Assembly: GCF_036321535.1 (NCBI RefSeq)
Contig: NC_087437.1
Span: forward strand, 80,416,001 to 80,480,000
From: Camelus dromedarius
Taxonomy: Eukaryota
DNA: 64,000 nucleotides
Reading direction: 5' to 3'
A program made the position numbers and the translations under genes. The notes under the pieces were generated by a model. The model did no database searches and had not been told where the DNA came from. It saw only the letters and a list, made by a program, of their open reading frames with translations. This document shows positions 27,130-39,760 of this stretch, piece by piece. How positions within the stretch are numbered: the stretch's first letter is position 1; every line of letters starts with the position of its first letter.

Positions 27130-27445
27130 AAGTTATACTTCACTTAACTTTGTCAAGTGAATAGTTTCAAATTGTATTTTCAACTGGGAGCATGGATCAG
27201 TGGTTAAAAACAGGAAGTTTGATGAGTAAGCTTGAAACCAGTGAAAATACAGAAGATAATGAGGGAAATTCAGAAAAACCTGAAATTGTCCACAGATGTG
27301 ACAGTTATGGAGCAGTTCCTAAGTTTTCCCACATGAACCCGGTAATGAAAAGCATGATTGCAATACCCTGCCAAACAAGCAGTAAATCAACAGAAGGCAA
27401 TCATAAGCTGTTCTCACATGTGACTTTAAAATGTTTTCCTTAGTA
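27130..27445 (+). mobile_element. Probable hAT/Charlie DNA transposon relic (transposase N-terminus)
   Basis: ORF 27192-27443 begins MDQWLKTGSL, resembling the MDxWLK(T/K)G start of Charlie-type transposases; the rest is degenerate. Confidence 0.45.
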
Positions 27446-27495
27446 TTTTGGAGGCTTAATAAAGTTTTGGTGACCTTTGCTCAAGAAATCCTGGA

Positions 27496-27649
27496 GGTGG
27501 TGGTGGCAAAGGTGTAGCTCAGTGGTAGAGTGCATTCTTAGCACGCACAAGGTCCTGGGTTCAATCCCCAGTACCTCCATCAATATAAATAAATACATAA
27601 ATAAACCTAATCACCTCCCCCCCTCAAAAATTTTTTTAATTTTAAAATT
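27496..27649 (+). mobile_element. tRNA-derived SINE (Vic-1-like)
   Basis: 'gtgtagctcagtggtagagtgc...ggtcctgggttcaatccccagtacctcc...aaacctaatcacctcccc'; near-TSD aagaaatcctgga / aaaaaatctgga. Confidence 0.9.
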
Positions 27650-29222
27650 AAAAAATCTGGAATAATAATTGTCTGAGTCCATGATGCTAGCAGAATTCTT
27701 TAAAAACCAATCATGCAAATTTTAAGGAAGAGCACCAGAATTCAATGAAAAGCACAATCGAAAAAGCTAATTAGAAATTGCTTAAAGATTCCCTCAAAGG
27801 CAATTTTAGAACTCCCTGAGAAAGTGAAGCCTAGGTTCTAGTAGAAACTGGAGTGATACAGAGGCAGACAAGTGAAAAAGCATCATGTCAAAGAGCTCGC
27901 TTTTATGGCTCAAAACAGCATAAACAACTGTCTGGGAAAATGAAGTCCATCTTATTTTTTTTTACCTTGCCCTGGAATTAAAACACCAATATTAATAATT
28001 TGGCCATTTTCTTGGTCTTCACTTGCTATATTTATAATAGTGTGTTTGATGGTAAAATGATGAATTAATAAATTTTCCCTTAGTTATTGGCATATGTTCA
28101 AATCTAAGGTACACAAATCTGAAGGAGTGACAGTCCCAGCCTGAACCATCGCAAACTCAATGCCTAGGCAATTTCTGCCAAGTTCACCAAAAGCACACTT
28201 CCTCAGACACTTCTCTGGATTTTTCAAATGTTCCATTTTTCCAATGGAACAACTGACATTCTGTTAGGCTTAAAAATGTGTTTTTAATACTCTTCTTTTG
28301 ACAAATTCATAATGAAATGGAAGTTTTTCAACCACACAGACGTAAGCACTCTTAACTAGAAGAAAGGCCTGGTCAGGGATAAATTATTTTTCATTTTAAA
28401 GAAATTTTTAAAATCACCCTTCATTTGGCTGCTCAAAGACTTTCTTGGAATCTGTTGAGTTCTCACCTATGATTTAAGCCTGTAAACAAACGGCTTCTGG
28501 AGGAGTTAGGTACAACTACTATCCTTCTTTACCTAGGACAAGCCCACTTGTCCTGTTGTTACTGAGTGACCTGGAGAACCTCCATGTGTTCTGAAGTGCT
28601 TACCTCACTCTGGGATCAGACCCCAGAGAAGCTCTGTCACCTAAAAAGACTGAGGAGGTCTAGGACATCAATTAACAGGCTACTCCTGAGCACCACTTGA
28701 ATACTCAGCACATAGGGTCCCCAAATCTTAGACCCCTCCGTGTACTTGGGCTGCTCTATCTCTGCTTGTGTCCAAGTGACCACCTTTACACAGTGACACG
28801 GGGGATACCAGGATCCCATCAGGCGGCCTGACATAGGCCGGGATTTGGGGTGCTCCTGCGATGACTGAGAGCTAGACTTTTCATGACACTGTCATTTCCT
28901 CTCACCACCACATCTCATTCTTTCCAGGGCGTTTCCTCTATTTTCAGATAGAGGGCAATTTGCCAGCATATCTTCTGTCATGGAGTATTAATCATTATAC
29001 TATTCCAAGAATTAGAAGAGGATCAGAATGGAGATTGCTTTCAAAACTCCCCCTATCAGTACAATCCTAGTTTTGCTACTTTGGGGGGACTTATACTTCT
29101 TTGCATTTCCTACTTTTCTCACCCAATCAGAAAATAATTACTTTGTTCCGCAAAAGAACTGCCTTTCTCTTTTCTTCTTCTCTTTCTTCTTATTAGTCCT
29201 CCTCTCTCTTTCTCCTCTCATT

Positions 29223-29362
29223 TAATGTTATTTTTTAAATAGAGGTACTGGGGATTGAACCTAGGACTTCATGCATGCTAAACATGCACTCTACCACCGA
29301 GCTACACCCTCCCCCTTTACAATTCTACTTATTATTATTATCATTTTTTAAATCGAGGCACT
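29223..29362 (-). mobile_element. tRNA-derived SINE plus an extra truncated SINE 3' piece inside one 16-bp TSD
   Basis: Exact TSD tctttctcctctcatt at 29207-29222 and 29363-29378. Confidence 0.85.
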
Positions 29363-30249
29363 TCTTTCTCCTCTCATTAACAATGGTTCTGTTGTCTAAA
29401 AGACTTTCACAAGGGGATCTGTATATCAAAGTTGTATTATTTTAATTAAGCCAAAATGTATTGAGGGCCCCCTAGATCAGCTATTTTCAAAAATAGGTAC
29501 AGTAATTAGACACAGTCTCAAAGATCTATGTTCTTATGAGGGGAAGAGTGAGAAAGTGTAAAGAAATAAACAACTAACCACTAAAATGGTGATTAAGTTG
29601 AGGATGAGAAGTGCAAAGTCTTTGTAGGGTCAAAGGAGAGAGAAGTTTCAAGTGTTTAGGGGATCAGGGAAACCACTGTGGTAGAAACAGATCTGGCAGA
29701 CAGAGACTTGCTACGTATCACTCCAGACCCAGGAGGAAAGGCAACTGAAGAGAAAAGTAAGCACGTGTTAAACGATGCAGGCCATATGTGAAAGAATTGT
29801 GACATTTAAGTCGGTGAGGATAACTTGGACCATATGTTTTCCTAGTTCATTTTCTGGGAAATAATGAAGCATTGAAGGTTTCTGAGCAGGGGAGTTGCCT
29901 TGTCTGAGGAAGCCTGAGGAAGGCCAGCCAACCAGCAGTGTGTGGGGTAAATCCAAAAGCCCAGGCAGGAGCCAGGGCCATGTGGGAGCCCCAGAAATTG
30001 TCCAGACAAGAAACAATGTAGGTCTGAGCAGAGGAGGCAACAACAGAAGAAAAGAAAGGGAAAAACAGCATGTGATGAACACCTACATGTGGGGAGCTGC
30101 AGGAAGTACCCGGACAAGTACTGGAAAAGAAAAGTGTGTCTGAGAGAACCAGAGCCAGGGAAAAGAATGAGATTACTATTTATTGAAGAGTGAGTATAAA
30201 GTGTGCAGCTGTCTTCCAATCCTCTCAATTGGCCATGTAGGAGATTTTT

Positions 30250-30390
30250 TTCCCCCTTTTTATAGATAAGGATACCAAGACCCCTAGAGCTTAAGTAATT
30301 TGCTCAAGGCCAAAAGGGCAGTAAGGAGTAAAACCATGATCTGAACCCAGACTTGTCTGACTCCAAAACAGATGATTTTCCCACCCTGTG
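30250..30390 (-). mobile_element. MIR SINE
   Basis: 'ttttatagataaggatacc...ttaagtaatttgctcaaggcca...tgaacccagacttgtctgactccaaa'. Confidence 0.75.
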
Positions 30391-30479
30391 TACCATAATT
30401 TAGTAGGCATGAAGCACAGGAAAAGGAAGAAAGGAAGGAAGGAAGGGGAAGGAAGGAAGAGTGAGTTTTGAAAGAAGAC

Positions 30480-31230
30480 TCATTAATAGTAGCGTCATTA
30501 ATAAAAAAATAAAAACAATCAGAGTTTGGAGTTTAGCCGGTATAAGTTAATAAGCTTAGTTTAAAATATGTTGAGTTTGAAATTCTGGCTGATTATCTAA
30601 GTAAGAAAATTCTAACAGTCAGAAACTGCTGGGCTTGGGAATCATCAGGAGAGAGATTCTGAGATGAAGGGACGAGAGACTGAAGGTATTCGTGTGTAAA
30701 TCAGCGTGAGGGGATGAGGAGTTACCTGAGGCAAAGAATGCGGAGAAGAGAACATCATTAGGGAGCAGAAGGAGGAATAAAAAGCAGCTAGTGAAGGAGG
30801 CGGAAGAGACGTTCTCAGAAAGGTGAAAGACCTGGCATACGACAGTACCACAGACACCACAGAAGGGGCGAGTTCCAAGAAGGGAAGTTTCTGCAGAAGG
30901 GACAAACAGAATGAGGACTGCGAAATGCTCATTAGATCTGTTGCATATGAAATACCCAGTGATCTTCCAGAAGGTAGTTTCACAGAGGGGCAGAGGTGGC
31001 AACCATATTACAAGGGGTTAAGAAGTGAATGCATGAGTAAGAAGTGAAAGCAGTCTTTTAGAAGTTTGGTGGTGAACGGAAGAGAGGTAAGTAGCAGCCT
31101 GCTCTTGTAACAGAGCCAGAGGATGGTTATTTGAGGCTAGGGAGGGCCCTGACCATATTTGTGGGCATGAGGGGAAAAGATAGATGGAAGTAAGATAGTA
31201 TGGAAAGAAGGGAGCAAAACCGAGAGGAGG
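30480..31230 (-). mobile_element. L2 LINE fragment (RT region)
   Basis: Minus ORF 30619-31002 'ETTFWKITGYFICNRSNEHFAVLILF' resembles the L2 RT motif ETALxKVTNDL..SNGxFSVLILL. Confidence 0.75.
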
Positions 31231-31919
31231 TGCGCCCTAACAGAATCAAGGACAATGTTCTTGGCAAGAAAAAGAACAAGCTACCTTCTTCGGAGGTAGA
31301 AAAAGGGACCAGAGGTTACCCTCCAGGAGTTACTGAGAGAGCTCGTATGGACTGGTCTCATTCTCAATGAAACCTAAGACAAATAGCTAATTCAGACGAA
31401 AAGAGGCTCCCCAAAAGTTTGGGGTTCATATTCCAAAAGAAAGAGAAATGTTTACGTATGTCAGAAAATGGAAATTTACTTTTGAAAAGTGACCAGACTT
31501 CACCCATTTCTTCAGCTGCTCTCTATAGTATTTATTTCAGTTTTTACAGAATCTAGAACTGTTATTCTCCCAAAAGCACATGTACCTTCTCTGGACTGCG
31601 TGGTTATAATTTGGACAATGAAGGCAACCTTCTGGTTGTTGGAAATGAAGCAGCTCTGTACTCTCATCTGCGTTCTTTTGAGGGGAAAGTTCAAGATACT
31701 TCCTTCAGTGAAGTTTGGAGAAGTAAATAATGGTCTCAATGTTTATTTTCAAAAGCTATCAATTATTTGGTGATTTGGATTGGGCTACAAGAAACAAATG
31801 CCATCTCAGCAGAACACTGTATTTTATATGGATCAGCAACAGAAACTCTAAAACAAACTCAGTCTTAGAGCTGTTTTCCTCACCCTTTCCATTCTCACAC
31901 TGACTCGCCGAGCACCCAC

Positions 31920-32150
31920 AGACATTGATCCAGGACTTCATGTTGGGTGCGTGCTGTGCATGAACATATCGCTTAATCCTCATAATAACCTTATCGTGTA
32001 CCATTACTATTTCAATTCCCGATTTGCAAATAAGTAACTGAGGATTAAGTCAAGTAACTTCTCCAAGTTCTCAGAGCTAAAAATGATAGAACCAGCCTCA
32101 GTCCTGGTCTGATATGAAAGCTTGTGCATCTGAAGATTAAATTGTACCAC
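31920..32150 (-). mobile_element. MIR SINE
   Basis: 'ttaatcctcataataacctta...tttgcaaataagtaactgagg...aagtaacttctccaagttctcagagct'. Confidence 0.7.
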
Positions 32151-34861
32151 CTCACAATTCAGTTCTATTTTTTTATCTTCATTTTTTTTCTTCTGCTCTA
32201 GTTTCTTTGTTTATCTAAGAACTCTAATTTCTGCCTCCCTCCTCACCACAAGAGTCTAGTATACTTGGAAGAGAGTCTAGAACATTGTGTCTCTTCAAAG
32301 TACGTGGAAGTAAATTGAAACAAATTAAAATCAACTTAAATATAATTAATCTTATTCAATTTTTTATCACTGCTGCTTTGTTCCCACTATACATCCTATA
32401 TTCACCACCCCTCCTCCCCTGCTGGTTTCAAGAGACCATCCAAGTTGGAGGATGTGAATATAATTGTGAAAATAACCCTGTAAAACAGCTTCTATAAATA
32501 AGCCTGTGTTTAAGTCAAGTATGTGGGTGCACAGATGAACAGTCTTTTCATCAACAATTATCCTGGCAGATTTGAGAGGATGAATTCACTCCCTTAGAGC
32601 TGACATTCACTTGTTCATCCAACAGCCATTCCCTGAGCATCTTCTATTTGCTTAACCCAGTGCCTGCCCTTTACAAGTTCACAGACAAGTGGAGGAGACA
32701 GACAGGTATCCTATGGTTGTAGAACAGCCTGATAATGCCTGAACAGAGGTGGGGAGGATGGCCAAACAACAGCCTGACACTTTTTGCATCATCCATTAGC
32801 TGTATTTCAAGCTAACTTCCCAATATGGGCTCATTTCCTTTTTGCATCAACATAAAGCCTCAAATGAAACCACACAGTGTACTTTATTTCAAAATGAAAC
32901 TCATGACACAGCTCAGTGGTGAGTCATCCTCAGAAGCCATGAAATTTCAATCCCAATGTTTAAAAACTTGGCTGGGTCTTTTCCATCATTATGCTGCACT
33001 GTGTGTTTCTTGACTTGAACTTCTTTATTACATATTTAAATTTGGTGATTGTCAAAATAGTTCATCTTTATGTTACAATGATAAAATATGCAACTCTCCA
33101 CATCACTAAAAATGAATTTGGAACAGAGGAAATAAAGTGGGGGAACTATTTTCCTTATCGACCTAGATAATGGAGGAAATTGGAGATCTGATCACAATTT
33201 TTCCACAGTGACTATTCTCATAAAAATAGTGTTACTATTTTTTCTTTATTGGATGCCCTTCAGAATTTTATAAGTTAACCCAAGGCTGTATCTTTTCATG
33301 TTGAAAGTTTCTCAACACAAATAAAAACTAAAAATAAAATTTTTTAAATGAGCTAGGACACCTTACAGTGAAGAGCAGACCCAGGTCGGTAACACAATTC
33401 TGTGTTTGCGGAGGATGCTTCCTAAGCATGAGTTCTGTCGTAGTTGCTCATCTGTTTCCCAGCTTCCTCTTGAAAAAAAACCTCAGTGATTTCTCAAGAT
33501 AAGAACACAGGTCAATGTGAACCAATCACCGCAGAAGCTCCTTTAGATTGCATTAGCCTCACCCTCACACACTGAAACAAATCCATATTACACAAAAGGA
33601 AAGGAAGACTAAAGTATATCTCAGTAATGCAGAAACAAATTCACCTTTACTTCAACTTTTAACTAATTTTTCAAAAAATATTCTTGTGCATCCCAAAGCA
33701 CATCAAATCTTATATGTGACCTTGCATCATCTCAGCCTCCGTACTCCTCTTCTTCACCCTATTGTCACTACCTCACAGTCCTGCACACGCATCCCCACTT
33801 CAGGCCTGCCAGGCTATGGTTATGTGAAGCATGCACCAACAAGTGAGTCAGAAATTGTAAAATCCTCGCGGAGGCCAGCTGCACAGCTGCAGATCACAGG
33901 CAAACCATGTGATGATTTCCAGTGGCACTGACATGCATGAAGATGAGATGTTTCATTAATGGAGTGCACACTGGAAACTCCTAATGAATCACCAACTATA
34001 TGACCAACCAGGAAATCGACAGCCCATGTCCAACCTCGTTACTCTGTGTAATGGAGAGGTGGCAATAAACTAGAAAGAAGTGCTTGGATTTCACAACCAC
34101 TGATAGTTTGGTTTTGGTCAAAATCAAGGCTCTTCCTAAATAACTATCAGCTAGAAAGATAGGCGACACACAGAACCACCTCCATCGTGATACATCTTTT
34201 TCTATCAACCTTACCGGTTTTAGTGCACACCCAGTTTAAACCCTGGTCTTTCCTCTTCTCTTTACAACAGTCACATCCTCCTCCAGGGTTAGGTTGCTCA
34301 GCCCATAAAGTGAAAATCTCATGCAATTCAAATTACCCTTGAAAACTCCTTAAGTCCTCCACAGAGTTTAAGGTCTTCAGAAGGTAATCTTACCAGTTTT
34401 CTGATGTTTCTCTAGGGCTTTTGATTAATTTTTCAGTTCCTACATAGAGCATGTTAATAAATCCTTCACCACTCACTTACTAAGTCCCTTAAAAATCTGT
34501 TTCACATCTTTCGTGTTGGTCAGGGAAACCCTTAAAATTATCCATACAATCTTTCCATGGATTTCTACCAAAGATATTGACTATTTCAGGCTTGACTGAA
34601 TCTGCTGCCTGAGTAGAGTGAACAGATAGCCACACCACTACTCATCCCAATCTTTAGCCCACCTTTTTGTCTCCCCACTTTCTATTCTGTCCCTTCTCTC
34701 CTTCCTCCCCTCCTTTTATTGCCCCAAAGTTCAGTTTAGATAAATCAACTGTACCTATCAGGAATATCTTCTATAATGAGGAAATTGTCTCAAGAAACAT
34801 TTAAAAACCCATTTGCCTGACTTTCTTCCACCAAAACCATTCATTTTTATTGCTCTCATGT

Positions 34862-35470
34862 ATTTAGTCATTCATTCATCCATTCCACAAAGATTCATTA
34901 TGCACGACGTACATACCAGACACCATTCTAGGCACAAGGGTTACATCAGTGCTCCCAAGAGGCAGCGTCCCAGCTCTCAAGGAGCTCACTCTCCAGTGGG
35001 GTAGACAGTCAATAGATATATTCCTAACAGACTGCCAGCCAGGACTGAGTGCTAAAAAGGGGTGGGGGGGGTGTCAGGAATTAGACAAGGCTTCTTAAAA
35101 AGGGGGCATTTGAGCAAAGACCTAAGTAAGCCAAGCCACATGGATGCTTTGGGGAACAGTGTTACAGACAGATGGAGCAGCAAGTGGAAAGGGGTTGGAG
35201 TTTTCCAGCAGCAACCAGGAAACTTCCAGGTGAATGAAGCTGAAAGCTCAAAGGGGAGAGTGGTATAAGATGAGTTTGAGACTTGGCCAGAACCCAGAAG
35301 GACTTTTGGCTTTTATTTGCGGATGTTATGCAAAGCCCTGATTTGTGGATCATTCTGAGCAGGGAGGTAGCATGATCTGACTAAGGTGTTTTTAGAAGGA
35401 TTTTTCCAGCTGTTACATGGAGAGCAGTGGGGAGGGGCCTGTAGAGGGTGAAAGATGGAGACTGGGGAGG
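34862..35470 (-). mobile_element. L2 3' end
   Basis: 'cattcattcatccattc...caccattctaggcac', 'catttgagcaaagacct', 'gacttttggcttttat', 'catgatctgact'. Confidence 0.8.
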
Positions 35471-35989
35471 TTCCTTCAACCTCCAAGTATTGCCTTGTGC
35501 CTCAAATTTGTGTTTTTCAGTATTTGCCTTTTCTGTCAGGAAAAACAACTGAGAAACGATTTCTAGTTAAGTAGGTTTTGATCTTATTACAAACTATGCA
35601 ACTTTCCCACAATCCTTCTCTCCCACTCTGCAGGTCTGAGTCCCCACCGTGAAGTCTGCTTTAAACCTGCCCTAAGAGCAAAGCTCCCTGGTGGACAGGC
35701 TCCTTCAGGGCCCTGGAAGCCACAGAGATTCACTGAGTGCTGCCCTCTTTAGTAATAAGGGATCCCACCTTTTCACTTTCTTTTACACACAGAGATTCTG
35801 GCAGCTTTATCAAAAAACATAATAGCTTGAAATAAAAAATTCAATGACAGCTTCTTGAAAAAAAAATGTTTGCACTAATAAAGTAACATGTTTAATACAG
35901 ACCATAAATTTAACTCTGAAGCACTGAATGTGTATACAATAGTTCTCAAATACCTGGAGGAAAAATTATCTTTGAAAATTCACCTTCTT

Positions 35990-36392
35990 ATAAGTTAGAA
36001 AGAGGAAGAAAAATACCACAGTATATCACTTATACATGGAAACTAAAAAGAAAAATTTTAAAGACACAAATGAACTTATTTACAAAACAGAAAAAGACTC
36101 ACAGACATAGAAAATAAATTTATGGTTACCAGCAGGGAAAAGGGGTGGGAAGGGATAAATTGGGAGCTCAAGATTTGCAGATACTATATACTATATATAA
36201 AATAGATAAACAACAAATTTATATTGTATAGCATAGGGAACTATATTCAATATCTTGTAACCTATAATGATAAAATATGAAAAGGACTATATGAATGTAT
36301 ACGTATGACTGAAACATTGTGCTGTACACCAGAAATTGATACACTATAAACCAACTATGCTTCAATTTTTTAAAAAAGACAAAAAAAGGAAA
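35990..36392 (+). mobile_element. 5'-truncated camelid-type L1 3' end with TSD
   Basis: Same 3' UTR as the 6062 copy; TSD gaaaattcacc.t.tt at 35974-35989 / 36393-36408. Confidence 0.9.
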
Positions 36393-36991
36393 GAAAATTC
36401 ACCCTATTTTTCGAAGTTTAATTCACATAAAGTTTAATCAGTCAAGTTAATGAAAATATCAAAAATTCTGAGTTAGTGTATGGCAGAAGAAATTTAACTT
36501 TGTTGTAAAGAATACAGTATTTGGTGTTGAAAGGCCTTGAGCTTGAAAGGCTTTCAGAAAAATTGTAAGTAATCACCTAGATTTTTTAAAGACAGATGTT
36601 TTTGCCACGGCACATACACAGAAAGCTTCCCCTTCACATTCTCGTTATGAGGAAGATGAAAAAGCAGGTCTCCTCTAGACGAAAAGCCACTCTTGGTAAG
36701 TAGATATATTCTTACAACAAAGAACCTGTCACTTCAGATTTGCAAAACGACTTCAATATTTTGTGCTACTTTCTTTGTTAAACACCAGTCTAGATGCAAT
36801 TTTGAGCACCATGAGAGATCTGTGAATGTAACAGATTGAGTTTTGAATCCATAAGAAGCAATTTTTTAACTCTACCTTAGACGTATTTAGAGGCAAATAG
36901 TAAGTTTTAATTAAAAAAAGAAAAAGGTCATGTGATATAATGCAAAATATAATGTATAGTGCAAATTATTTCCAATAAACTCATTTCTCAC

Positions 36992-37066
36992 CTATATATG
37001 TATGTATATATGTATACATATGTGTGTGTGCGTATACATATACACATATATGTACACATTTATATA
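36992..37066. repeat. Mixed (TA)/(TG)/(CA) microsatellite
   Basis: Direct observation. Confidence 0.9.
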
Positions 37067-37282
37067 AATTTCAATCAGGTCTTCCTGGGATATTTTTATT
37101 TAAACCTACCCCTTAGCTCCTGTCACTGCCATCACACCCCTGTTTTAATCACTGAGTACTTCTCAGCTGCCTGAGTCTATCTATCGCCTGCTGGGCTCAT
37201 GCGAAGGAAAGCAGATCTGATTCTTAGGAAACATGGGTTCATTGAATAGACCAGAGAATAGAAATAATGTAACTTTTCAATA

Positions 37283-37445
37283 TTCATAGATTCAAACATT
37301 CGTTGTACACCAACTATGTAACAGGCGCTGTGCTAAGCAACGGAGGTAAAGCCACAAATAACACACAGCCTGTGTCCTTAGGCACCAACATGACTGCCAC
37401 AGGGAAAGCACCTGGTAGGGAGCCCAGTCTGAGGACAGACAGGCA
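37283..37445 (-). mobile_element. L2 3' fragment
   Basis: 'attcaaacattcgttgtacaccaactatgtaacaggcgctgtgctaagc'. Confidence 0.6.
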
Positions 37446-38476
37446 GCAGCAGCCTTTTGTAACAGTCTAAGAAGAAAAGTGGAAAAGCTCAAGGAAACTC
37501 AAGGGGCATGTCCGAGAGAGGATTAACGACTCTATGGGCCTTTTTACTGTTAAGGTTTCTTCCCTTACCAGCTCTCAGTTAATTCCCTCCAGGATTTTCC
37601 CTATCAGTGTTTACAGCACTTCTGAACTCTGTAAGTGATCCAAGTATTCAGAGAGCTGTACCACAGTACCCTGCTTTATTTGCCTATAAAGAAGTAGAAT
37701 AAATATTGCCAATGAGTTTAGCCAAGGATTTGAGTACCTGTGTGTTATGGTAATAAAGAAGAGGAAACTCATCCAGAAAGGTATGAAAAGCGAAGTTATG
37801 GTTTATAAAGCAATGAGGATAAAATAAAAGTTCTAAAGTCCTCATTAAATAGACACCATTCAGCACTCTCAACAAAGCACAACAATACTTTCCAGTATTT
37901 CAATGGAAAAAGAAAAGGCTAAAGTTTTGGCACAACCTGAAATCTGGCAGGAATAACGTTTAGCTAGCCAGGGAGGCTGTCCTTCTCTAAGGATGTCCTC
38001 ATGAGAAAATGCAGACTGCCTCAGAGCCACGTTTAAAAACAAACAGTCCATGTCAGGCAGAAGAGGACTTGAAGTACTATTTTGTTTGTTTCTTAGAAGC
38101 AAGTGAATAGAGCAGGATTAGGTTAGAGATACCACATTTCCCCAGATGATCATCTGAGACATTGAGCCACAAACAGAAGAGATCTAGTTATGGAGGATGA
38201 ACCAGCTGGTGGGGCGCAATCATCTCCTTCCCGGTCCAGCTTCCGACTGAAAGCCTAGACACGTTTCACTCCTTAAAATGGCGGCTTCTGCTCAGTCTGG
38301 CAGCTGGTTTTCAAAGGTCCTAAGCCAAGCTCAGGTCAAAGTCAAGTGCACACATTTCTATATCTAAGCAAATAATCCTGATTTCCTGATCTTTGCAGAT
38401 AAGTGGCTGTGAATAAATACAGAACTTGTGATAGACCGAGAAAAGCAAGATTTCAACTGCCTGTTTGTTGTCATTA

Positions 38477-39073
38477 TTATTTCAGTTATCTGTTGGCAGA
38501 ACAAACCTCCCTAAACCATCGTGAGCAGCATAAAACAGCAAACAAACTATTGTGTTGCCCCATTCTTGTGGTTAGGAACTTCAACAGAACACAGAGGGAT
38601 GGCATGTTTCTGCTCAGTGATGTCTGGGGCTTCAGCTATGATGACGCCAAAGACTGTGAGGTGACTGAAAAGGTACGGCTGGCATAGCAGGGACAGGAGA
38701 ACCCACTCCCAACACAGTTTCTTTATCCGCATGTCTGGCACCTAGCCTGGGGCTGGTGAACGACAAGGTCGCTCAGGCTGTTGCCCAGAGTGCCTGCGTG
38801 TGGCCTCTCCAGCTTGGGCCTCTCCAGCTTGGCGGTCTCAGGGCAGTCAGAATTCTTACATGATGGCTCAGGGCTCAAAGGACAAGCATTCCAGCAAACA
38901 AGGAAGAAGCTGCATGGCCTTTTGTGACCCAGCCTCAGAGGTCACCGAGCGTCACTTCCAGTGTGCTCTACTGGTCAGAGCAGTCACAAGCCCACCCAGG
39001 TTCCAGTGGAGGGGACACAGGCAGTGATAGGAGGAATGTCAAAAAATTACAGTCGTGTTCGTAAACTGTCCCA
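38477..39073 (-). mobile_element. MaLR solo LTR (MLT1F/G/H-like)
   Basis: 'tgtctggggcttcagct', 'ttcttacatgatggctcagggctc', 'gaagctgcatggccttttgtgacccagcctcagaggtcac'; internal 15-bp tandem duplication ggcctctccagcttg. Confidence 0.8.
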
Positions 39074-39760
39074 GTCACCTTCCATAAAAGATGCCACCAT
39101 CAACAGAGAGGCAGAGTGTGTTATCTAGGAGGACAAGGGAAAGTGGAGAGTAGGGAAAGGCCTCAGTAGGTGCATGTGAGGTGAAATGAGGGAACAGGCC
39201 TTACAAGAGTAATCTTCTCACTGGAGCACGGCCAGGAAAACTCAAACTCTAATTTCCATGTAGCTTTGTTACCTGGAACGGGGCATCTCACTGTGCATTC
39301 TTCAAGACCTCCCTTGGGGTTCAATGGCCCCCTTAACCACTGGTGCTTCAGATGTGACTCCAGATCACAGCACTGTCAACACCATGGGGCTACCATGATT
39401 CCTTCCAGACCAGTCCTTACGCAGTGGGGCAGAAATAAGGAACCAGAACATTGCAGCTGAGTAGTCACCACTGTATGAATATATGGGGCAGTTTTACCCG
39501 TCTTGGATATCTATCCTGATTCTTCTGGGTGTAGGGTGGAGAGTCAGGGATTCCTGTTCCCATTAGCCCCCAAAGTCATCTTCCAGCTGTTCAGTGTCAC
39601 ACCCAGTGGGATAAGGGAGCATCAGGGAAGGGAAAAGGAGATGAGCAGTGTGCAGGGCCAGGCATGGATCTGCCAAATATCACCATTAATTATACAGGTA
39701 TGTAACTATATTAATATCAAATGAAATAAACTCATAAAGGCATAAAGCTTTCCTAGAAAT

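Noticed and set aside
31489..31773. Protein-like open frames in non-repeat sequence
   Set aside because: No recognisable homology and no consistent acceptor/donor pair in frame.
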